From Eledone cirrhosa (taxonomy: Eukaryota), in NCBI GenBank assembly GCA_964016885.1, contig OZ024757.1, positions 20,212,001 through 20,276,000 on the forward strand: 64,000 bases of DNA. The letters run 5' to 3'. Position 1 is the first letter of the stretch. Every line of letters begins with the position of its first letter. This document shows positions 53,974-64,000 of the stretch, one piece after another. The translations under genes and the position numbers were made by a program. Below the pieces are notes generated by a model that saw only the letters and a list, made by a program, of their open reading frames with translations, did not search any database and had not been told where the DNA came from.

Positions 53974-54520
53974 CAGGGTGGGGCAGAAAGGTTACCCCCG
54001 ATTTCAAAGGTTAATAAAAAACAAACACATGATCATAAGAGAAAAAACTTTGTATTTATAATAAGTACATTACATGCCATTAATTCTGTTTCAGGTAGTA
54101 CCCCACCATGGACTGGAGTGGAGATCATCGTGCATTTGTTGTGGAAGAGTTTCTTAAGAACGGTGAGTCCGTCGTAAGGACGCAGCGTTCCTTCCGAAGA
54201 CACTTTGCGCTTCTTTGTCATGATCCCGTACCGGATGGAAAAACAATTCGTCTGTGGGTTTCTAACTTTAGACAAACATCATCGGCTTTAAAAAAGAAAA
54301 GTCTTCGCCGTCCTAGGGCCGCTACAGGGCCAGAAAATGAGAGAAACTTCAAAACTGCATCGAGATTGGTGGTTGTCACAATTTTCAAAACCACTTAAAC
54401 CACAATGGCATGTAATGTACTTATCATAAATACAAAGTTTTTTTCTCTTATGATCATGTGTTTTTTTTTTATATTTTTTATTTACCTTTGAAATTGGGGC
54501 AACCTTTCTGCCCCACCCTG
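53974..54520 (+). mobile_element. Internally deleted Tc1/mariner-superfamily transposon
   Basis: TA|CAGGGTGGGGCAGAAAGG ... CCTTTCTGCCCCACCCTG|TA with about 110-bp TIRs. Retains a transposase N-terminal HTH ORF at 54108-54398 (HRAFVVEEF.KNGESVV.TQR.FRRHF) but no DDD/E domain. Confidence 0.9.
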
Positions 54521-54814
54521 TATATATATAATTATGAAACAAAGTTTATTGAATAGAATTGACACAGGCTTGGCCGTTTTCTCACTCACTCAATAATTTA
54601 ATTCAGTCTGAATTATTAAAATATAACAGCAACAAACTAAAGTGTACACTTATACATTAATCAGTGAGAAAAACGTCTTTGTGTGTGTGCAAATCTTGCT
54701 AGCAGTAAAAATGGACATGAAATGATGAAGATGATGGTGGTTGTGGTGATGATGATAATGGTGATGAAAGTGGTGTTGGTGGTGTTGGTGATGATGATGA
54801 TGATAGTTTCTTAC

Positions 54815-55011
54815 CAATAGTGACATCTGAGGAACTGTGGGTCTCTAAGAATTTATTAAGATGCTGCCATACTTTTGGAATCCAATCAATGATTTTGTTG
54901 AGGTCATTATTTCGAGTACCCATGTGTACTTCAGCTTCTACCAGTTTGCGACGCAGGTAACGCCCAAGGAACCCCTTAACTGGCTCCATATGGTTGGCAC
55001 AAAGAACCCAT
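54815..55011 (-). CDS. NAV2: Neuron navigator exon (WVLCANHMEPVKGFLGRYLRRKL...WQHLNKFLETHSSSDVTI(G))
   Basis: catccag / gtaag; 197 nt, phase 2-1. Conserved NAV motifs. Confidence 0.95.
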
Positions 55012-56061
55012 CTGGATGTTGAAATAATATAAAATAAAAACAATGTTATAAGAACCAAAGGAAGACAAAATCATATAACCAGATATCGTAAGCTGTTTTT
55101 TTCAATAGAAATATGGTAATGGAAGAGTATTTCATCAGTCACAAAAGTTTATTCATTAAATATACTGTATATACTTGATTATAAGTCACCCAGCTCCCTA
55201 TTCTTTGTCTGAGAAATAGGAATTTTAGACTGGTTGCCCTTGGGAAGTACTATATGCTGACGACCTGACTCTCTTAGCTGAGTCTATGACAGAATTAGAG
55301 AATAAATTTCAACATAGAGGAACAACTTGGAAACAAAAGGCCTCAAAGTCAACCAGACCAAGACCAAACTCCTTGTGAACAGTAGAGGAAACAGAGCTTT
55401 GATACCCTCCAGAAATGGCCCTGCTTGATATACTGGACAGAAGTAGCAGAAATTCTATGCAGTGTCCCAAATGCAAACAGTGTGTACACAAGAGATGTAG
55501 TGGGAAAATAGGCAGGCTAGCATAAAATACAGACATCATATGTGAACTCTGCACAGAGGTAGTAAGCAAAGACCCACAGAGAGCATGCTCCTTCAATTAC
55601 ACAGAAGACCCCATAGAAATAGCTAACAGCTTCTGCTATATGGGGGACCAAATCAGCTGTTAAGGAGGCTGTGTAGAAAGCACAGCTGCAAGATTAAGAA
55701 CAGGTTGGAAGAAGTTCAGGGAGCTGCTGCTAACTACAAAAAGTCTCTCACTCAAGATAAAAGGCAAGATGTACGATGCCTGCATACTCTCAGCAATGCT
55801 ACATGGTAGCAAAACATGGCACCACCCAGCCCCACACTGCAAACATGGGCAACGGCAGGCCCACAAAGGATTTGTCGCAGTCATCCAGTGTGGAGGCTCC
55901 AGAACTATGATTCCACTGTGAGAAAGGTTTGGAGTGGCTGTCCCCTCCTCATAGCAGTGTCATCCAGTACTGGTACTTTCTCAAACCCGACATAAATCTT
56001 TCTGAAACACAAATTGAATTAACACACTGAAACCCTAAACATTATTTCAAAGGAAACTTAC

Positions 56062-56133
56062 CTGAAGTTATGATGTAGTTGGAGGTTGGTGGTTAATCCA
56101 GTAGCTTGGTTCATAGTTCCTATTATATAAGGG
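56062..56133 (-). CDS. NAV2: Neuron navigator exon ((C)PYIIGTMNQATGLTTNLQLHHNF(R))
   Basis: cttcatag / gtaag; 72 nt, phase 2-2. PYIIGTMNQ (sensor 1 region) and NLQLHHNFR are NAV motifs. Absent from the ORF track. Confidence 0.95.
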
Positions 56134-56426
56134 CTATGAAGAAAAATATAAATTTGTAAATCAAATGCAGAATAGAGATTAGCAATTTGAAAACCTAATA
56201 TTTTTAATAAGTAGATATCCACTTTGTGTTATAATTATCAAAATAATTAAGAATTATGAGAGGTTTAGTTAATTAACCAACATTTAACTAAATACTATCT
56301 TAATGATAAAATAATTAATAATTTTAGTTCATTCTTCCAAATCCTTCATTAATTAATTGAAATATTAATAGAGAAAACTGATCTTGAAAGAGTTAGATGA
56401 CATACCAAAATGAGAGGTATACTTAC

Positions 56427-56642
56427 CACTTTTGGTACTTGACACTGAGAAAGCCATTAAAGACTTCCCCCAAAGAGCCAACGTGGTGTAAGTTGTCCAA
56501 TATTATAACACTGGGTAATTCTCCAGCACTAGTACTCTCGCATTGCTCAGCAATGTTTGATAGGTACTGGCGGAGTTCTTTTCCAGACTTATGGTCAACG
56601 TTAAATGTTGCCACTGACCCTGCAGTAAGTTCTCGGCCAGAC
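56427..56642 (-). CDS. NAV2: Neuron navigator exon with Walker B-like motif (SGRELTAGSVATFNVDHKSGKELRQYLSN...PSVIILDNLHHVGSLGEVFNGFLSVKYQK)
   Basis: tttttag / gtaag; 216 nt, phase 2-2. ATFNVDHKS.KELRQYL and VIILDNLHH are NAV motifs. Confidence 0.95.
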
Positions 56643-57569
56643 CTAAAAACCACACCAGAAATATGTATATGTATAGGTGAATATATATATATACATGTGA
56701 ATATATATAGGTATATATGTATGTACATCGAAGACGAAGACATGATGGTAATATAAACATAGAAATTAAAATAATATCTAAACATAGAAATGACTCAACA
56801 AGTAGACAAATTAGGGAAGCAACTGAAATAGAATTAAGAAGACAGAATGAACAGAAAACGTGAATGGAATAACAACAACAACAACAACCATACACAAACA
56901 CGCAATAAATAAATATACACAGGTACAATAACAACAACCACACATAAACACACACTAGTGACAAAAGATAGAATACAAATACACACGGACTCAGACACAA
57001 ACACACACCAAACAGAAAGCACGCACACAAACGTATGCGCAAATAGAAACAACAATAAACAAATAAATAAGATTGAATAGGAAAACATTAGATCAATACA
57101 ACGGGAGGAAACATAATAATATGACTGATGTATAACATCACATAGGTGTGTGTTGAAAGAACTCTGAGAGACTATATTTTTAGCTGTTGGTCAATCAATG
57201 ATAAACACTGACTCCCAGCTGAATTAATTATAGAAATATAAAATATACTGAAGCGGAAAGCAACCCAAACCAACCAGTCTGTGTGTGTTTTATATATTTC
57301 TGGTAATATTATAACATGCCCTCCCCAAATATAACAGTATATATATAGAAGACGATCGACTTTCGTCAAATCGGACCGAGGGAACAATGTTTCCGTTGGT
57401 CTTTCCAATTGCTAATACTATCTATCGGTCGCAACTCCAGCTAGAAGGAGCAACGTGAAATAAAGTGTCTTGCTCAAGGACATAACGCATCGCCTGGTCC
57501 AGAAATCGAACTCACAACCTTACGATTGCGAATCCAATTCTCTAACCACTCAGCCACACACCTTCACTA

Positions 57570-57694
<125 letters not shown>

Positions 57695-57725
57695 TAAATG
57701 GAAACTATATTTATAAAACCATATT

Positions 57726-57786
57726 TATTCTATTATATATATTTCAATGGTACCAAAACTTTGGTACGCTCTCATCAGATAAAATA
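57726..57786 (-). ncRNA. Type I hammerhead ribozyme (intronic, sense to navigator), same family as 5722-5782
   Basis: Reverse complement TATTTTAT-CTGATGA-GAGCGTACCAAA/TTTGGTACCATT-GAAA-TATATA-TA-ATAGAATA. The element abuts a (TA)n tract of more than 100 bp. Confidence 0.85.
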
Positions 57787-58030
57787 CAAATTTTTTTTTT
57801 AATAAAAATATCCAGGAATGAGATCTTAACGGTTCAGGTTCTGTATCCAAACTATGTTGCTATTTCACTGATGTTTTCTTTCTAATTTTGGTTGGAATTT
57901 ATTTATGTTTGTCGCTTCTGTAATTTGTCTGAACATTGTGTCTTATATATTTATATGTATCTATGTGTGTGTGTATACGTGTATATATATATATATTGGA
58001 AAATGTGTGAGATCCTTGGTACAGTTAGGT

Positions 58031-58298
58031 ATATTTTAAAAAAAGGAAAAGAATGACTTCACTTGTAGTGTTAAAAAATTTTTGATTTAATTTTATATTA
58101 TAATATTATGAGTTGGTAGATCCAGTAAGTTCTTTGTTAACTTCGGAATCTGGTTAACCAGGAATCTCTAAAATTCTTCCCACCGAAGTTAACAAAGAAC
58201 TTACTGGATCTACCAACTCATAATATTATAATGTAAAATTAAATCAAAAATTTTTTAACACTACAAGTGAAGTCATTCTTTTCCTTTTTTTCAAATAT
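58031..58298. repeat. Inverted repeat with about 115-bp arms
   Basis: aaaggaaaagaatgacttcacttgtagtg...aacttcgg / ccgaagtt...cactacaagtgaagtcattcttttcc. Confidence 0.85.
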
Positions 58299-58306
58299 AT
58301 ATATAT

Positions 58307-58508
58307 ATAGGAACGAGTAGGACCCCGACGGCTGAGCTGAAGCTGTTTCGACGGCTAATTCTGGTTTTAGTTCAGAATTAGCCGTCGAAACGGCTTGAGC
58401 TCAGCCGTCGGGGTCCTACTCGTACCTATTACCCACTCTACTACCCTAAGTATTGAGTACTTTGGTGCGTTATGGTCCACCTGGTTCCTTACCACATTTC
58501 TTCCGTTA
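58307..58508 (+). mobile_element. Palindromic mini-element, family of 12983-13180
   Basis: Inverted repeat 58307-58429 with the same tail, flanked by (TA)n. Confidence 0.75.
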
Positions 58509-59741
58509 TATATATATATCATCATCATCGTTTAACGTCCATGTTCCACGCTTGCATGGGTTTGGACGGGAGTTTTCCCACTTGAGGCAAGAGTGGTTGA
58601 CTTGCTCGCATAGGACTGTCTGGCGGGTTTTCTACAGCTGGATGCCCTTCCTAACACCAACCACATTTACAGTGTGGGGCTGGGAGGTTTTTACCGTGTT
58701 GCCTACACGGCCACATTACAGCGTGGACTGTGTGTTTTTTTGTCGTGACATCTACACAACCTCATTTGTTTCGGCCTGGATGTTGTGGCACCAACATAAC
58801 TTTACATTGAAAGGGGTGGTGTGGATGGGGTGGGGGTGGTGGGACGGGGGAGTATTATATATATATACATATATATATATACTGGTTGTCTGCTCATCAG
58901 AAAGTTTGACTATTTCAATGTACATGATGCTCAATTCTGGAATAAAATATGTGGCTTTTTAGGCCAGACATGCTTTTACAAAGCTGTCCACATAAATTGA
59001 TGCGGTTTGAACTGCCTGTGTATCTTGAACCATGAAATGTATCTTTAGACCTTCTGGCATTCATAAGAGTGAACTGGTTTGTAATGTTCTAGTCAGTAAG
59101 AAGTTCCCTATTGTGTGTTCTTATCCATGAGGATTGGCTGAAAAGTTCAAAGGGTGACTATGAAGGAGTGACGCTAGAGCTGTGAAGTCCTGAATGCAAT
59201 AATTTCAACTCTTCTTATTACTAACTACATTGTTTCTTTCCAGGGACTATGTTGAGAAATAAACTTCATTTGGTCATGCTATGAGAGAATCTTGGTCAGC
59301 CTATGAACTTTTCAGTTTGTATACACAGGAGGCACATGGCTTAGTGGTTAGAGCATTGGCCTTGCAATCGAAAGGTTGTGAGTTCAATTCTCAGACCGGG
59401 TGATGTGTTGTTTCCTTGAGCAAGACACTTTATTTCACATTGCTCCAGTTTACTCAGCTGTAGAAATGAGATGATAGGGACTGGGGTCCCTATCATTCCA
59501 CTGCAAAAAATCACCCAGCCGACACTGTAAAGTGGACGTGTAGGCACCACGGAAAAAAGCACCCAGCACTCATTGTAAATGAGGTTGGTGTTAGGAAGGG
59601 CATCCAGCTGTAGAAATCAAGCCAGAATCAGTGCCCGTCCCACTTTTGCAAGCAGGGAAAAGCAGACGTAAAATGAAATGATGATGAATGATGATACACA
59701 CGCACACATGCATACATATATACATATATATAAAATCTTAC

Positions 59742-59913
59742 CTTAGTACTAAGTGTTCAGCTAATTTTTGGGCAAGGTATGTCTTTCCTGTGCCACTTGG
59801 TCCACACAGTATGATTCTTCGGTGCTCCAAAAGCAATGAGACATATCGCTGAATTATAGATTTGGGTATTTGTGTCTCAAATGCCAGTGAATCAACACTG
59901 TTCTGTTTGGTAC
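59742..59913 (-). CDS. NAV2: Neuron navigator exon with Walker A (GTKQNSVDSLAFETQIPKSIIQRYVSLLLEHRRIILCGPSGTGKTYLAQKLAEHLVL(R))
   Basis: tttgcag / gtaag boundaries; 172 nt, phase 1-2. GPSGTGKT P-loop in the NAV-specific EHRRIIL context. Confidence 0.95.
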
Positions 59914-60021
59914 CTGCAAACACAACCAAATTTTAACTTCAAGGAAATAGTTTTAAAAGTTGTTTGATATTTGATTTTTTTTAACCGTTTCATTACTGTA
60001 TTTCTAATGCACTGCCTATGC

Positions 60022-60806
60022 GTTTCAGTTGATTTTAGAAAAATCCAAAGATTTGGAGGAATTAAAATGACTACTGTATTGAATTGAATATAAGCTGACC
60101 TCTCTATTTTATGACAGAGTTTCAGTTGATTTTAGAAAAATCCAAAGATTTGGAGGAATTAAAATGACTACTGTATTTAATTGAATATAAGCTGACCTCT
60201 CTATTTTATGACTGAGAGTTTCAGTTGATTTTAGAAAAATCCAAAGATTTGGAGGAATTAAAATGACTACTGTATTGAATTGAATATAAGCTGACCTCTC
60301 TATTTTATGACTGAGAGTTTCAGTTGATTTTAGAAAAATTCAAAGATTTGTAGGAATTAAAATGACTACTGTATTGAATTGAATATAAGCTGACCTCTCT
60401 ATTTTATGACTGAGAGTTTCAGTTGATTTTAGAAAAATGCAAAGATTTGGAGGAATTAAAATGACTACTGTATTTAATTGAATATAAGCTGACCTCTCTA
60501 TTTTATGACTGAGAGTTTCAGTTGATTTTAGAAAAATCCAAAGATTTGGAGGAATTAAAATTACTGTATTTAATTGAATATAAGCTGACCTCTCTATTTT
60601 ATGACAGAGTTTCAGTTGATTTTAGAAAAATGCAAAGATTTGGAGGAATTAAAATGACTACTGTATTTAATTGAATATAAGCTGACCTCTCTATTTTATG
60701 ACTGAGAGTTTCAGTTGATTTTAGAAAAATCCAAAGATTTGGAGGAATTAAAATAACTACTGTATTGAATTGAATATAAGCTGACATCTCTATTTTATGA
60801 CTGAGA
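60022..60806. repeat. About 98-bp tandem repeat (8 units) followed by a pogo/Tigger-like MITE end
   Basis: Unit contains tactgtatt.aattgaatataagctgacc; the inverse end cggcttatattcgag...cagta lies at about 60923-60946. Confidence 0.9.
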
Positions 60807-61427
60807 ATGGGCAAAAATCCAAACTCCATTTATAAGCTAAGGCTTATATACCTTGTTTAGATGATGAATATAAGCCGACCCCTGTCCCATTTAACATCAA
60901 TTTGTTTTGGTCATATATTCCTCGGCTTATATTCGAGTTTTTCAGTAGTAAGCTGATATTTATAAATATTTGTTTCTACTTTAGGCACAAGGCCAGCAAT
61001 AACCCAGTTCATTACTAGTACTTTATTTTATCGACCCCGTAAGGATGAAAGGCAAAGTCAACCTCGGCGGGATTTGAACTCAGATCGTAAAGGGACGTAA
61101 GTATGCTGGAAAGCATGGCGTCCGACCCTCTACCGATACTGCCATATTTATAAATATTACTTAATAAATATTTCTAAAATAAAATTATGATGGAAGGATT
61201 TGATATCAGGGCAAATATTTTAAAATGAGCAATTTCAATTTGAAAATTTGAAGAGTTTAATGAGTTAACTGGCCTCTTAATTGCTCAGCTGTTGTTTGAA
61301 ACAATACTTTACACAAATTTAGCCAATGGAATTATGGTAGCAGGTTTTAGGGTTAGGTTTAAAATATAGATGAACATTAAACTGGCCATGCTAAACAAGT
61401 TAGATAAACATTTTATGTATAGATTAC

Positions 61428-61502
61428 CTTTTAGACAAATACCAATTTGCATAGTGTCTCCAACGAGGTAGCCGATTGGTAGCAATTCAGGAACCTCAGC
61501 AT
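61428..61502 (-). CDS. NAV2: Neuron navigator exon ((D)AEVPELLPIGYLVGDTMQIGICLK(G))
   Basis: Acceptor ttttctttcctttgcag and donor gtaa; 75 nt, phase 1-1. PELLPxGYLVG matches the NAV family segment preceding the AAA domain. Symbol is family-level (NAV1/2/3, unc-53, sickie). Confidence 0.88.
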
Positions 61503-61679
61503 CTGCAAAGGAAAGAAAATATCAATATCATCATACTTATCATTTTATGCCTGCTTATCATACAGGCCAGGGCTGGGTGGGTTGCCACGATCTGAGAATA
61601 GATGGGTCGGAGCAACTAATCTTGCTCATTATGTCCCATAAAAATAACAAAAATATTAGTATGAGGACCCTTAAATATT

Positions 61680-61960
61680 AACAAAAATCTTAGCCCTTCA
61701 CAGAATTCTTGAAGGCTTGAAAGTTAAAAATCTAAATGTTGTTCTGCTATTCGTTGATTTCTCCAAAACATGATTCAATTCATAGAGGTAAAATGGAAGA
61801 AATACTGTAAGCCTATGTTATACCAAATGAAACAGTAAAAGCCATTATGATGCTCTAGAAAAACACACATTCAAAAGTATGATCTCCAGATGGCAACACA
61901 AATTTCTTTGAAATTGTTGCAGGAGTGCAACAAGGTGACACTTTAGCACCCTATATCTTC
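61680..61960 (+). mobile_element. Decayed LINE RT fragment (RTE-like)
   Basis: LLFVDFSK..DSIHR, SPDG.T.FFEI.AGVQQGDTLAPYIF. Confidence 0.7.
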
Positions 61961-64000
61961 AAAGGGCTTGAAATAGTTTTTACAAGGGACAGTGTATTGT
62001 TAAGGCCTTGAAATAACAAGGAAGGCAGAGTGTATTGTTAAGAAACAGTGGTAAATTGGCAGAGTTATTAGAACATCAGATAGAATGCTTTGTGGTATTC
62101 GTTTCAGCTCTCTGCTTGCTGAGTTCAAGCCCCAACAAGATAAACTTTGCCTTTCATCCATTCAAGGTTGATAAAAATATTGCAGTCATTTTTTCCCCTA
62201 AATCTCTTTCTCACTCTGTCCTTCTCTAGAAGAAATCTGCCATATTCAGACCTGAAGAGATGGGCTCTAAAAACACCATATATCAATATGGTGCCCCTAT
62301 GACTCCCTCAGGAGTTATAGGATCATGCATATGAAGTTAAGAACTTGAAATAGCTTTTACAAGGGAGAGTGTATAGTAAAGGACTCATTTTCACAGGATC
62401 ATAGATCATACCTCCAACAGTTTTTAGAAAGAACCATTTTAACCATTTTTATACCAAACAACATGAAACTGCCTCTGGTTCTATAATAACGTTTAAACAT
62501 TTAACGTCTATCTTCCACGGTAGCATGGGTTTAGAATAAAAGTGTTTATATTTATCTAACAAATTTCCATCATAGTTTTATGTAAGAACTTTTGTTCCAA
62601 ACACCATATTATATAATGAGAAAGTTAGTTATATTATTAAATCCCTCCTAATTCTTTATTATCTTCAAAATGAATGAAAAACACAGGCAAAGCAGTGTTT
62701 TTCATTAGAAATATGGTATCAAACAGATTAAACATCACTATAAGCAACCAATCCCAATTATTCTAATGACTAATTTCTTTCTTTATTTATTTTCACTGTT
62801 TTACATCCATTTTCCAATGTTAGGATGGGGCAATTGTTTTTACAGCTGGTTGTCACTTTATACAGCTAACCACTCAACCATAGAGTGAAATAGGGATAGT
62901 AAAACAAAGCTGTGTGCTTTGCTTGGGTACACAACATGTTTGATGTGAAACTCACATGATCAGCAGTCCATCACCCTAATAATACCAACTTGCCCCTCAC
63001 TGCCTTCATATAAAACCTGCTTATGTTTTATCTAAAGTGTTCACCATTGTTCACCTTAAGTTATGTTCCAAACACAAGCTTGATAATAAGAGAGTTATGT
63101 TACTAAATCCCTGTAAATTCTCGATTATTTTAAGTTATTTCAAAATTATAGGCAGTCCCTTTCATATGGTGATGAAAAGGTTAAAGTGTATATATTTGTC
63201 TAAAAACCTTCCATTATGTAGGATCCTATGTTAAAACATTCATTTGAAAAACTACTTCAATCTATTTTTTTTTTGTTAACCCTTTAGCATTTAAACCGGC
63301 TGTGTCCGGCCAGAATTCTCTCACCTTTTTCTGTTCAAACCGGCTGTATATACTTATGTTAAGGTATTATTCTTAAAATAAATAACAACAAAATCTAGTA
63401 GATCCGATATTATGTGGGATAATTATGTAAAATCAAGTGTTAACTATGAAAATACAATTATATTACAATATAATGTAAATGCTAAAGGGTTAAGTTATAT
63501 TAATACATCTCTCTAAATTCTTGATTATTTTCAAATTTATTTGAAAATTAGAGATAGAGATTTTCATGAAAAATATGGTGACAAAAGAGTTAAGCAAAAA
63601 GAATCTTACAGTAAAATGAAAAAAATGCACCCAGTACATGCTGTAAAGTGGTTGGTGATAGGATGGGCATCCAGCTATAGAAAGCTTGTTAAACAAAGGG
63701 TTGAGAGGATCCTTTAGTTGTGTCAAGGACTTGACAGCCTTTGTAGTGATAGTGATCTTACATAATAAAAGCACCCAGTACACACTATAAAGTGGTTGGT
63801 GATAGGAAGGGAATCCAGCCATAGAAAGCTTTCCAAATAAGGGGTTAGGAAGACCGTTCAGTTTGTGTCAAAAGATATGACATCTTCTCCCCTGCACTCG
63901 ATATGGCTGTACATAAGTGAGCTACAGAACCCTTGGCCTGTTAGTAGAATCGCTTCAGTACTGACTCATTCAACCCTTGCTAGAAGGAAAAGTGGATGTT

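Noticed and set aside
58885-58930. Minus-strand GAAA-TAG-TC...CTGATGA permuted hammerhead
   Set aside because: Stem I loop is impossible and there is no stem II pairing.

Overview
Eukaryotic, AT-rich, repeat-dense genomic DNA. The SINE and RTE families and the abundant (TA)n tracts suggest a coleoid cephalopod (Octopus-like); this is an inference. The minus strand carries the 3' part of a neuron navigator gene (NAV2/unc-53/sickie family, AAA+ ATPase domain) as seven phase-consistent GT-AG exons from 61502 down to 32281. There is also a candidate 24-nt in-frame microexon (48477-48500) and an uncertain final exon and 3' UTR. The rest is tRNA-derived SINEs, decayed LINE fragments (RTE, CRE, CR1, Vingi, Tx1, R4), a decayed Penelope-like element (PLE) with a GIY-YIG motif, piggyBac and Tc1/pogo MITEs, and minisatellites. 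The main unexplained signal is a dense, diverse set of type I hammerhead ribozyme (HHR) motifs: about 10 with intact CUGANGA/GAAA/NUH cores and more than 10 decayed. Most have a palindromic, loop-less stem III typical of dimer-acting PLE hammerheads. They sit in short non-coding elements inserted in (TA)n, often as fold-back inverted repeats, and some fold back exactly at the ribozyme stem II. Most ORFs in the supplied track are microsatellite artefacts.
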